DNA from: a virus
Taxonomy: Duplodnaviria; Caudoviricetes
IMG/VR virus record: IMGVR_UViG_3300007276_000059
Span: 1-56,534 of that record
DNA: 56,534 bases
Strand: one strand, 5' to 3'
Made by a program: the position numbers and the translations under genes. Positions 1-8,886 of the stretch are shown here, piece by piece (the first letter of the stretch is position 1; each line of letters starts with the position of its first letter). The notes below the pieces were generated by a model, which was given only the letters and a program-made list of their open reading frames with translations, searched no databases and was not told the DNA's origin.

Positions 1-1
1 A

Positions 2-676
2 TCTGGTCGTAGTATCAAGATAGGTTCTGGTATCCGTGAGCAAATGGAACAATCTAACACTTACTTCTATAACACATTCTCTATTGAATTGTTAGAAGAA
101 ATCCTTTTCGGATTATCTGAAGGAAAGTTAGGATTCTCTGACAGAGTATTTATTCTTCGTACAGGAGAAAGAGGTGCTGCTGAATTCCATAAAGCTGTGT
201 TAGCTACAACTTCAGGTTGGGCAACTAACGTAGGCGTACCTGGAACTAATCCTGCGACTGTTAAATCTACAAGCTCTCCATTACATAGTAATGCGTTGGC
301 TGCTGGATTCCAGTTCACAGAGTATATGGCTCCAAACGGTGTAACAGTGAAATTAGAAGTAGATGATTTCTACGATGATAAGATCCGTAACACAATAAAG
401 ATCCCTGGATCTAGTGGAGTTGCTGAATCTTATAGATTTGATATCTTTTATGTTGGTACTCCTAGTGAGCCAAACATCCAAAAGGTTCAGGTTAAAGGTG
501 CTGAAGAGATCAGAGGATACCAATGGGGTTTCAGAAATCCTTTCACTGGTGCGATCAATAACGGTAACATGGGAACTTTAGAAGATTCTGGAACAATTAC
601 TAAATGGTGCCAATTAGGTGTTGTAGTATATGATCCATCAAGAACTGCTTCTATTATACCTTACGTGTTAGCGTAG
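2..676 (+). CDS. Major capsid protein, C-terminal part (5' truncated by window)
   Basis: Frame is open from base 2 (SGRSIKIGSGIREQMEQSN...). crAss-type MCP motifs TGERGA.EFH, GFQFTEY.APNG and DP.R. Followed by a strong terminator and the canonical crAss structural gene order. Confidence 0.85.
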   Translation, partial: SGRSIKIGSGIREQMEQSNTYFYNTFSIELLEEILFGLSEGKLGFSDRVFILRTGERGAAEFHKAVLATTSGWATNVGVPGTNPATVKSTSSPLHSNALAAGFQFTEYMAPNGVTVKLEVDDFYDDKIRNTIKIPGSSGVAESYRFDIFYVGTPSEPNIQKVQVKGAEEIRGYQWGFRNPFTGAINNGNMGTLEDSGTITKWCQLGVVVYDPSRTASIIPYVLA

Positions 677-692
677 TAGAATAAGAGTAACT

Positions 693-724
693 ATTACCCT
701 CGTTTGTTCGACGAGGGTAATTTT
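693..724 (+). terminator. Rho-independent terminator after the capsid gene
   Basis: ATTACCCTCGTT-TGTTC-GACGAGGGTAAT hairpin followed by a T run. Confidence 0.8.
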
Positions 725-806
725 AAATAAGGGCTTTAGGATGGTGAGCCGTAATCACCTCAAACATAAGGAAGGAAGAATCATTAATAAGTTAAAACAA
801 ATTAAA

Positions 807-1706
807 ATGGCGGTAGCTAAAAAAGTAGAAGCAGTTCGTACTGACTTCTTAGAAGACAAAATAGTATCAGTAAAGTATTTACCGAATGAAGCTAATGGTA
901 TCAAAGATATCAAACATGTAGCATACGGAGGCATGCTTAACGGAGCAGAGGTAGCAATACCAGCTCCAACAATGGATAATCAAAAGATGAAGAATATCCT
1001 AACCAATGTAGAGAAAGCAGGATTAGAAAGTATTCTTAATGGAGTTGATCTTTCTATATATGGAGATTTCTGGAAAGAGAAAGATAGAAATGGAAATAAA
1101 GGTGGAGCTTACGAAATGGGCATCCTACCAATCTACTTGAGTAAGGATGAATTAAGACTGCAGAAGTCAGATCCTTATGATTATATCAAGATGAAAGTCT
1201 TAATGGCATGTCCAATAGTAGCAAACAATTTAAGTGAAATTAAACATAGAGCTACTAACCGATGGGTAATAACTTCAGAGTCAGAACAAATGGCTAAGGA
1301 GATTGATAAGGTTGGTAATAAAGTGCAGGCATACAAATTGTATGTTAAGTATGAAGATGATAAAGAAGTGTTACGTTACACATTGAGAAACTTAGGTAGA
1401 AATACTAACAGATCTCATAAACTAGATTTCTTACAATCTGAATTACACAAAGAACTTGAGAAGAACCCAAGTTTATTATGTTCTATAATGGGTGATGAGT
1501 ATCTTAAAACTAAAGTTTTAATTGAAACTTGTTACGAATTTGGAGCAATAAGTAAAGTAGATAAAAAGTTTTATACTTTAGATGATGAACCTATTTCTGA
1601 TGGAGATACTCCATACTTAGATATTGCTGCTAAATATTTAGCAAGTAACTTAGGTCAAGAAATGAGATTGTCATTAGAAGCAAAACTTAAACATAATTTA
1701 AAGTAG
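807..1706 (+). CDS. Conserved crAss-like protein downstream of MCP (crAss001 gp33-like position)
   Basis: ORF 741..1706; the ATG at 807 after A-rich ATTAAA is the likelier start. 'L..SDPYDYIK.KVL' motif and synteny. Confidence 0.65.
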   Translation: MAVAKKVEAVRTDFLEDKIVSVKYLPNEANGIKDIKHVAYGGMLNGAEVAIPAPTMDNQKMKNILTNVEKAGLESILNGVDLSIYGDFWKEKDRNGNKGGAYEMGILPIYLSKDELRLQKSDPYDYIKMKVLMACPIVANNLSEIKHRATNRWVITSESEQMAKEIDKVGNKVQAYKLYVKYEDDKEVLRYTLRNLGRNTNRSHKLDFLQSELHKELEKNPSLLCSIMGDEYLKTKVLIETCYEFGAISKVDKKFYTLDDEPISDGDTPYLDIAAKYLASNLGQEMRLSLEAKLKHNLK

Positions 1707-1711
1707 GATAA

Positions 1712-2449
1712 ATGACTGCAACGGAATTAAAAGAAGAGTTTAATCTCAGATACAACAATGCTCTCGAAGGAGCACCTGGACTAGATACATTCGAAATTAG
1801 TTCCTATCTAACTGTTGCTCAAGAGCAATATGTAAAGATGCAGTATGACGCTACAAAAGATCCAACCTCTTCATTTGAGATTAATGAAAAAGCTAGAAGA
1901 GTGTTAAATGAATTAGTTAAGGATGAAAAGATAAGCTCACAAGTATCATCGACAAGGGGGCTTGTGAGTGAATCTGTATTCTATGAGATCAGTAATGATG
2001 CAATGTATATTGTATTGGAGACTGCAACCATATCTGATTCAGGAGGAGCTTTAGATGGAAAGATAATCCCAGTATTACCTACTACTCATGATGAGTTTAT
2101 GGTAAGCAGGAACAATCCATTTAGAAAGCCAAATAGAAATAAGGCTTGGAGATTAGATTTAGTCAAAGAGAATTCGAAGACAACAGTTGAGATTGTTTCC
2201 ACACAAACATTATCTCAATATAACGTCCGATTCATTGCCTATCCTTCTCCAATAATAGTTTCTGATTTGACATTAACTGATGATGTAGCAGGATTAGGAT
2301 TAACAATCCAAGGTAAGACAGCACAGGCCACTTGTCAATTAGGGCAATTATCTCACAGGGAAATTATAAATATAGCTGTAGAGAATGCTGTATTGGATTA
2401 TAGAGATGGAACTTTACAAGCCAGATTGAAGTTAGATTCAAGGGTTTAG
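1712..2449 (+). CDS. Tail ring (barrel) protein
   Basis: N-terminal 'ELKEEFNLRYNN...APGLD.FEIS.YLT.AQ', 'NPFRKP' and C-terminal 'H.EII..AV' match recalled crAss ring proteins; synteny. Confidence 0.7.
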   Translation: MTATELKEEFNLRYNNALEGAPGLDTFEISSYLTVAQEQYVKMQYDATKDPTSSFEINEKARRVLNELVKDEKISSQVSSTRGLVSESVFYEISNDAMYIVLETATISDSGGALDGKIIPVLPTTHDEFMVSRNNPFRKPNRNKAWRLDLVKENSKTTVEIVSTQTLSQYNVRFIAYPSPIIVSDLTLTDDVAGLGLTIQGKTAQATCQLGQLSHREIINIAVENAVLDYRDGTLQARLKLDSRV

Positions 2450-2467
2450 AAAATAAATAACTTAATG

Positions 2468-2499
2468 TTTGGAGATGTGATACTATCTTCATACATTTG
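2468..2499 (+). promoter_or_regulatory. Bacteroidota primary-sigma promoter (-33/-7)
   Basis: TTTG (2468-2471), 20-nt spacer, TACATTTG (2492-2499), intergenic. Confidence 0.7.
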
Positions 2500-2545
2500 A
2501 AAACAGTATCATAAACAATTTTATTAATTAAAAACAATTTTTATT

Positions 2546-3520
2546 ATGGGATTAGCTGGTCAAAACCAAGTTAGACACATGTACGTAGGTCAGGCACCTG
2601 CAGCAACAGTAACATCTTTAGCGACACTTAAGTCTGCTGGTGTTGCAAATGATTTAGTTCTTTTAGGAGCTGATGGAGGTGCAGTAGCTGCTGGAAAAGC
2701 TTTTAAAATGTACCAAAAGGATGCACTAGGAAACATTATCTCTAGTGATACCATCAAAACAGATAATGTATTAGATGTTCGTTCAGTAGCTTATACTGCT
2801 GCAACTCCAAAGGCAGTGACTATCTCTGCATTGACAGTTGATGCTGCAAGTCTTTATACAGTAAATATCGAGATACAAGGACATGGTTCTTTATCTCCAG
2901 AAGATATTTATTTGAAACAAGGATATTACAAAGCTGTTTCTGGTGATGATCAAGAAGCTATCGTTGATGGTCTTATCTTATCTTTGAATCGTAATTTCTC
3001 TCGTGAAGTTGGAGCAACTGCTTCTTCTAATCCTTCATTTACATTTACCAAAACTGGAACTGGAGCTACTGCAGCTTTAGTTGTTACTGGTAAATTAGAT
3101 GCTAATGGATTCGACGGAGATAAGAAAATCAAAGTATATGATGATTTCACAGTTGATATCTCTTGTACTACTTACCCAACTGTTACAGTTACGACTCCTT
3201 TCAGTGCAGGTGTAGGTACAGGATACCAAGTAGTTGAAATGGAATACTTTTTATTAGGTGAAAGAGGAGATACTTACAGACTTAATGGTTATCCTAACAA
3301 CATAGTTGGACCAGGATTAGCTTCTGTAGCTTCAGGTTCTTATGATATCATAGAAATTTCTTATTTCGACGAAGGTAGAGATGAGGCTAAGAAATCTAAG
3401 AAAGGATTAACGATCGCTTTACCTACTGCTGTTGCACCAAATGCAAATGTAAATGGAGTTATTGCTGATTTAAACACTATTTTAGGAGCAGCTTCTGTTG
3501 CAACTATCAAGGCTGTCTAG
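2546..3520 (+). CDS. Auxiliary capsid protein
   Basis: 'NQVRHMYV', 'SSDTI' and 'MEYFLLGERGD.YR..GYP' motifs; own promoter and terminator; crAss001 gp36-like position. Confidence 0.7.
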   Translation: MGLAGQNQVRHMYVGQAPAATVTSLATLKSAGVANDLVLLGADGGAVAAGKAFKMYQKDALGNIISSDTIKTDNVLDVRSVAYTAATPKAVTISALTVDAASLYTVNIEIQGHGSLSPEDIYLKQGYYKAVSGDDQEAIVDGLILSLNRNFSREVGATASSNPSFTFTKTGTGATAALVVTGKLDANGFDGDKKIKVYDDFTVDISCTTYPTVTVTTPFSAGVGTGYQVVEMEYFLLGERGDTYRLNGYPNNIVGPGLASVASGSYDIIEISYFDEGRDEAKKSKKGLTIALPTAVAPNANVNGVIADLNTILGAASVATIKAV

Positions 3521-3544
3521 ACTAAACTTAGATAACTAAATAAC

Positions 3545-3582
3545 AAAGGGACTGGAAGCTTTATTTCCCAGTCCCTTTTTTT
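3545..3582 (+). terminator. Rho-independent terminator
   Basis: GGGACTGG/CCAGTCCC stem followed by T7. Confidence 0.85.
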
Positions 3583-3604
3583 ATTAACTCAATAAAATAA
3601 AACA

Positions 3605-4183
3605 ATGTCTATAAATGTAACAAAATTCTTGGTAGCTACTGATCTCGCTACTATTGATCTCGACGTAAATGTAACTGTTGGCCAAACTGTCACAGAGATA
3701 TTACTATGGACAGATTCCACATACAAAGATCCTTCTTCATCAGTTGACTTATCTGCTTTATTAGCAGGAGCAAGTGAAGTAGAAAGTATTTCAATTACAG
3801 CAGCAGACGCTGGACTTTCATTATTCACTGGAATATACTTTCTTCAGATCACTACAAGTGAACCTGAAGTATTAATGACAGCAACATTCAACCTTACACA
3901 ATATTATGTAGTCCAAGCACAACTTGTAGCAAATATAGATTTGTCTTGTCTTGCTTGTAATGGAAATTTCCAAAACGCATTATTATTTGACCTGTATTTA
4001 GAAGCAACAAAGAATGCTCTTATACTAGGTAGATTTCAAGATGCAATTACAAACCTTAACAACTTAATAATTACTATCGAGACTTCTGATTGTGATGCTT
4101 GTGATGACATAGAAGCTGTCGTTTCAACAGCAGGTAATATAGTTTCAGTAGGAGTTATTGATTGTGTATTAGCCGCAGTATAA
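3605..4183 (+). CDS. Putative tail hub protein A-like structural protein
   Basis: 192-aa ORF with Cys pairs (CLAC, CDAC); assignment by synteny only. Confidence 0.45.
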   Translation: MSINVTKFLVATDLATIDLDVNVTVGQTVTEILLWTDSTYKDPSSSVDLSALLAGASEVESISITAADAGLSLFTGIYFLQITTSEPEVLMTATFNLTQYYVVQAQLVANIDLSCLACNGNFQNALLFDLYLEATKNALILGRFQDAITNLNNLIITIETSDCDACDDIEAVVSTAGNIVSVGVIDCVLAAV

Positions 4184-5142
4184 TGGAAGAGAAAGATGCA
4201 AGAATATATATAACATCCGTAAATAACGTTTCAGCCAGACTGGAACACTATGGAGACGCGAATACAGATCAAGTTCATTTACTGAAGTTGATATATAAGT
4301 ACGCGTGCTATTCTCCAACCTACCCATGTCTTCAAAGACTTGACTCTATGGTTGCAGAATTACAAAGAACTAGCCCTTTTATATGCTTAGAAAAACAAGC
4401 AGTTCAAGGATACGTAGATAGTACTGTTACTGTACCAGAAATCATTATAGGCTCGAATGGTAATACTGCACCAACAATTACTGCAAGTGCAATTACTCTT
4501 CCAGATCCAGATGATGTTTATACTTTTTCTTATGCAGACTTATTATCAGGATACTCTGATGACGCAGGTGGTCTTGCAGGAAGCTTAATAATAAAAACTT
4601 TACCAGCACAAGGAACATTAAAATACAATGGAGTTACTGCAGTGATAGAAACACTATACGCGAATCCTACATTGCTTACTTATACTAGGAATGTTGATAC
4701 TGGATACGGGACTTCATTTACTTATGCTGTTTATGATAGAGATTCTCAATTACCATTAGAATCTAATACGGTAGCTTGCACAGTTACAGTAGATGCAATA
4801 ACAACAGGAAATGAACCAGCAACAGTGGGAGACAGAGCACAATACGCAGGTAATAGAACTACTACTATATTTACAGTGGCAGACTTTACCACAGAAGCAA
4901 TAGCACCTTATTTTGATCCAGAGACAAATGCATTAGATGCAATTAGAATTGATGAGATATCAGATGCAAACACAGGAATATATTACTATTTAGGTCTTCA
5001 AGTTGTAGCAGGTCAAATCATAACTAATGCAGAGTTAGCTTCAGGAGCTTTCTATCACATAGCATCAGATAATAATGGAATTGCAACTGACTCCTTTAAT
5101 GCTAGTGTTCGAGATACTGGCTCATTAATTTGGGTTCAATAA
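4183..5142 (+). CDS. Structural protein: short helical N-domain (tail hub B-like) plus two Ig/cadherin-like repeats
   Basis: ATG 4183 overlaps the upstream stop (TAATG). Thr-rich beta repeats 'IIKTLPAQGTLKYNG' and 'FTVADFTT...YFDPE'. Confidence 0.6.
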   Translation: MEEKDARIYITSVNNVSARLEHYGDANTDQVHLLKLIYKYACYSPTYPCLQRLDSMVAELQRTSPFICLEKQAVQGYVDSTVTVPEIIIGSNGNTAPTITASAITLPDPDDVYTFSYADLLSGYSDDAGGLAGSLIIKTLPAQGTLKYNGVTAVIETLYANPTLLTYTRNVDTGYGTSFTYAVYDRDSQLPLESNTVACTVTVDAITTGNEPATVGDRAQYAGNRTTTIFTVADFTTEAIAPYFDPETNALDAIRIDEISDANTGIYYYLGLQVVAGQIITNAELASGAFYHIASDNNGIATDSFNASVRDTGSLIWVQ

Positions 5143-5185
5143 TAATCACTGTTCATGTAAACTGAACACAACAAAATAATGAACA

Positions 5186-5911
5186 ATGTTATATACAATA
5201 ACTAATAGTGGTCTTCAGAATGGACGACCAACTGAAATAGGAGCTAACACGATAAGTATTGCATTTGCTGCAACTCATGTATTTACGTTAGCTAATTTTA
5301 CAACAGAAACTACACCAGCGTATTCAGATCCAGAAGACGATGCATTATCTTATATAAAGATATTGTCATTGCCTGCTACTGGTACACTGAAACTAAATGG
5401 TGTTGATATCATATTAGGAGATCAAGTAGGCTCTGGTCAAATATCAACTGGTAATCTGACTTATGTTAGTGCAGGTGATGGAGATTATACTTTCGAGTTT
5501 GATGCTGCTGATATTGGTTCTAATTCATTGAGTGGCTTATCTACTGGTAAAATCACAATAGCAGTTGCAAGTGCAGTCAATCAACCGCCTAGCGTAGTTG
5601 GTAACAATACATTTGTTCTTAGTTATGGAGATGCAAAACTATTTACAGTAGCAGATTTCACAACAAAAACTACTCCTCCGTATGCAGATCCTGAAGGAGA
5701 TTTTCCATCAAAAGTAAAGATACTTACTCTTCCTGCAAATGGAACATTAAAATTTAATGGAACTAATGTTATTGTAAATCAAGAAGTAACTGTTGCGGAA
5801 ATTGCATCAGGATATCTAGTTTATGTTCCGGATTTATTAGTAGAGACTTTACAGAATTTAACTTTTAACTTTTCAGTGTCTGATGTAGGCTCTGGATTAT
5901 TTACACAATAA
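5186..5911 (+). CDS. Tandem Ig/cadherin-like domain protein (putative adhesin/fibre)
   Basis: Two ~110-aa repeats F..A.FTT.TTP.Y.DPE.D....KIL.LPA.GTLK.NG. Confidence 0.65.
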   Translation: MLYTITNSGLQNGRPTEIGANTISIAFAATHVFTLANFTTETTPAYSDPEDDALSYIKILSLPATGTLKLNGVDIILGDQVGSGQISTGNLTYVSAGDGDYTFEFDAADIGSNSLSGLSTGKITIAVASAVNQPPSVVGNNTFVLSYGDAKLFTVADFTTKTTPPYADPEGDFPSKVKILTLPANGTLKFNGTNVIVNQEVTVAEIASGYLVYVPDLLVETLQNLTFNFSVSDVGSGLFTQ

Positions 5912-5912
5912 T

Positions 5913-6311
5913 ATGGGTCAAATAAGTATAAATATATTAGAAAAAGAAGTTGTAGCCACTGGAGATGGAGTATTTAATTCTATATCAACAAGTTCTGATG
6001 AATGTTATAGTACTTTTATTTTTGAAGTTTTAACAACAACATCTTGTTGGATTGATACAAACTCAGCTCCAGGTTTGTGGGTTATTCAAAAACTTACTGG
6101 AAATGGAATTTGGGTTAATGGAGAAACTTTAACTGAAAATACAACCTATAAAGTAACATTGCCAGGATTTCGTTCTCCCAATCAGACTTTAAATACAACA
6201 CGTTACACAGTATTACTAGCTCTAAGACCTGATGAATTTGGATTTTTTCTTGACTCAAAAAGCTGTAATAGATATGGAACTAATTTATTATGCCCAGCTC
6301 CAGTAATATAA
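5913..6311 (+). CDS. Hypothetical beta-rich protein, possibly part of the fibre cluster
   Basis: 132-aa ORF tightly coupled to the upstream gene. Confidence 0.55.
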   Translation: MGQISINILEKEVVATGDGVFNSISTSSDECYSTFIFEVLTTTSCWIDTNSAPGLWVIQKLTGNGIWVNGETLTENTTYKVTLPGFRSPNQTLNTTRYTVLLALRPDEFGFFLDSKSCNRYGTNLLCPAPVI

Positions 6312-6530
6312 TGTAAAGAATATATACAGTATGGATAAACACAGAATAAAGCTAATAATAAGATTAGTTAAAAATAACGAGATAACCCAAGAGGAAGCAC
6401 TAAATGACATATTGGATATATTTAGTGTTAGCAAACGTTTTAACTCAACAAACTTTCTTATAGGAATGGCTTTTGGTGGATTACTTGGATTAATATGTAT
6501 GGCAATATCATTATACTAATGTTTGCTAAT
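6306..6530 (+). repeat. attC-like nested inverted repeats (putative gene-cassette remnant)
   Basis: AATATATACA (6319-6328) / TGGATATATT (6413-6422); GTTAGCAAACGTT (6427-6439) / AATGTTTGCTAAT (6518-6530). Confidence 0.45.
6331..6519 (+). CDS. Small protein with C-terminal transmembrane helix
   Basis: 62 aa; hydrophobic FLIGMAFGGLLGLICMAISLY. Confidence 0.6.
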   Translation: MDKHRIKLIIRLVKNNEITQEEALNDILDIFSVSKRFNSTNFLIGMAFGGLLGLICMAISLY

Positions 6531-6562
6531 AAATAGTGTATCATAAAGTAATGACACAATAA

Positions 6563-6594
6563 TTTGACTTGTATTACAATTTAAACTATATTTG
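6563..6594 (+). promoter_or_regulatory. Bacteroidota primary-sigma promoter
   Basis: TTTG (6563-6566), 20 nt, TATATTTG (6587-6594). Confidence 0.75.
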
Positions 6595-6627
6595 TAATTA
6601 AACATATTTTTAACTAAAAGATATTAG

Positions 6628-7692
6628 ATGCAAAATTTAGAAATTATTAAAATCTTTCTTCGTGATAAAAAAGGTTATTTAAAAAAAGGAAATGAAGCTT
6701 GTGCGTATGCACTCTTAAACAAAGAAGGCAGAACATTTCCATTTGACCTTATTAAAGAAGCAAAGAAAGCAGTAAAAAATGAATTAAAACATCAACAGAG
6801 TAAACCACTATTAAGTAGATCTTTAGTAGAAGATTTCCGAGATACTGTTGAAGAGAATAGAAAGAAATTAGAAGCTACACCATTCGCACCTACTCTTTCA
6901 AAAAGGAAGAATCCAAAGTCTGGTATTGTTCCTCCTATTAAAGATCAAGTTGGAATGCATATATTACTTGGATGTAATCATGTTCCATTTCACAATCAAA
7001 GATTACACGCAGGTATTAGAAACCTGATGCGTGATTATAAATATAACATAAAAGGATTTCACCTAATGGGTGATTTTGCTGATATCAATACTTTGTCTTC
7101 ACATGATAAAGGAAGGTTCACAGCAGTCCCGGGATTAACACTTGACATGGAGTATGATGCTTGTAATGAAGAATTAGATTTATTCGAGCAACAATTACCT
7201 GACGATGTTTGGAAGACTTATATGTATGGTAATCATGAGGACAGACATAACCGTTGGATGAATAATATGGATAATGCAAAGACTCCTTTGTTATCTCCTA
7301 TGGATGGTATGTTATTAGAAGAAAGAGGTTATCAGGTAAAGAACAAATGGTCACAAGATTATTTTGTACTTGGAAATGATTTCCAGATATTTCACGGAAT
7401 ATACTTTAGTATTCACAATGCTAAAGCTCACTTAGATAAGTTGAGAGCATCTTGTGCTTATGTGCATACACATAGGATCCAGAATTATCGTGAAGGCCTT
7501 ATGTCTGCATTTAATATTGGCTCATGTGCAGATTTTTCAACAGCAGCGTTTAATTATGCTACTCGCCCAATGAAGGCACAATGGGCAAATGGTTTTGCAA
7601 TAAACATGATTGATGAGCAAGGCAGATCTAATATAACACAAATCTATGTTAATCCAGATGGGACATTCTGGTTTGGTGGTAGATTATATTAA
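6628..7692 (+). CDS. Calcineurin-like metallophosphoesterase with N-terminal extension
   Basis: Motifs GCNHVP, MGDFAD, GNHE, FHG, HTH. Confidence 0.8.
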   Translation: MQNLEIIKIFLRDKKGYLKKGNEACAYALLNKEGRTFPFDLIKEAKKAVKNELKHQQSKPLLSRSLVEDFRDTVEENRKKLEATPFAPTLSKRKNPKSGIVPPIKDQVGMHILLGCNHVPFHNQRLHAGIRNLMRDYKYNIKGFHLMGDFADINTLSSHDKGRFTAVPGLTLDMEYDACNEELDLFEQQLPDDVWKTYMYGNHEDRHNRWMNNMDNAKTPLLSPMDGMLLEERGYQVKNKWSQDYFVLGNDFQIFHGIYFSIHNAKAHLDKLRASCAYVHTHRIQNYREGLMSAFNIGSCADFSTAAFNYATRPMKAQWANGFAINMIDEQGRSNITQIYVNPDGTFWFGGRLY

Positions 7693-7700
7693 TAAACACA

Positions 7701-8375
7701 ATGACTAAAAGAGAACTAATCTATAATGTTTATGAGAAGCTAAATATAATTAGCGATGATACAAAGATATCTGAGGAACTTGTATCCTCTCTTATAGACC
7801 TCAAGAGAGCAATGTTGCTGAAACAACAGTACGCTAGAAATGGATGGCATATGCCAATTGAAATTAAGCAAGAACTCTGTATGAGTTTAGAATTAGTCAA
7901 TAAGGTTGACGGATATTCTTGTGGTGGCAAAATACTTGCGACCACTGTTGCTTTACCTAAGTCTATAAAGATTAAAGGAAAAGAAGGCCCTCTTAATGTA
8001 CGCAAGTCTGACAGTACTCAAATAGAAATAAACATTGTTGCTATTGAAAGAGTACCATTTCTTTTCGAGAATAAGTTTACTCAACACTTAACTTATTGTG
8101 CAGTTGATTTTAGTGGAAAGCTATATCTCATCTCTAAGGACAATAAACATAAATTCCTTAAGACTATAAAGGTTACTGATATATTCGAGAATCCTGATGC
8201 GGCAAATGACCTGTCATGCGATGCTAACAACCTTACAACAGATATATGGGATATTGATTATCCAATTGAAGGTGCAATGGCTGATACGGTTGTTGATTTG
8301 ATAGTAAAAGATTTAACCAAGTCATTTAGTATTCCAGGTGATAAAAATAATAATGCTTCAGATGATAGAGAATAA
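7701..8375 (+). CDS. Tail ring protein (ring 2-like)
   Basis: 'RELIY.V...L...SDD', 'R..LLKQ.Y', 'IFENP', 'DYPIE' and 'D..NNASD' match recalled crAss ring motifs. Confidence 0.7.
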   Translation: MTKRELIYNVYEKLNIISDDTKISEELVSSLIDLKRAMLLKQQYARNGWHMPIEIKQELCMSLELVNKVDGYSCGGKILATTVALPKSIKIKGKEGPLNVRKSDSTQIEINIVAIERVPFLFENKFTQHLTYCAVDFSGKLYLISKDNKHKFLKTIKVTDIFENPDAANDLSCDANNLTTDIWDIDYPIEGAMADTVVDLIVKDLTKSFSIPGDKNNNASDDRE

Positions 8376-8880
8376 ACCAGACGTAAGATTACATAGAGTA
8401 AAGGCTGATTTTGGTAGTGGGGATTTTTATAAGCACTTTGCTTCAGATCCAGAAATGAAAGCATTAGTATCACGAGTTACTTACGGAGAAGTATTAAGAG
8501 AATATAACGGACATGTAAGAGATAGAATTTCTACCAAAGGAGCTGAGTATTTCTTTCCTTATAAAGTAGGAAAAGTGGAATTAAGAAAGGTTAAAAGCGA
8601 AGTCAAAATTGATGAAGAAGGTAACATTATAAACAACCTACCGATTAATTGGAAAGCTACACGCGAGTTATGGGCAGAAAATAAAAGGGCTAGAGAAAAG
8701 AAAACAAAAATTAGATATACAAATGAGCATACTGATGGTCACACATTCAGAATATTCTATAAGAGATCTAAAGCAAACTTTAAAAACAAAAGCATTTATA
8801 AGATGCGTTTTAATAGAGATCTGAAACGTCAATTATCACGATCTATATTTGCAGGACTCATTGATGCATTCTTAAAATAA
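8362..8880 (+). CDS. IHF/HU-like basic protein
   Basis: 'P.KVG..ELRK', 'INWKAT..LW' and 'YTNEHTDG' typical of the crAss IHF-like gene; ATG 8362 preferred over GTG 8338. Confidence 0.65.
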   Translation: MIENKPDVRLHRVKADFGSGDFYKHFASDPEMKALVSRVTYGEVLREYNGHVRDRISTKGAEYFFPYKVGKVELRKVKSEVKIDEEGNIINNLPINWKATRELWAENKRAREKKTKIRYTNEHTDGHTFRIFYKRSKANFKNKSIYKMRFNRDLKRQLSRSIFAGLIDAFLK

Positions 8881-8886
8881 CATAAC

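Noticed and set aside
6004-6014. GTTATAGTACT as the start of an upstream cassette complementary to 6302-6312
   Set aside because: Lies mid-gene, is AT-rich and has no preceding L'-like box; plausible by chance
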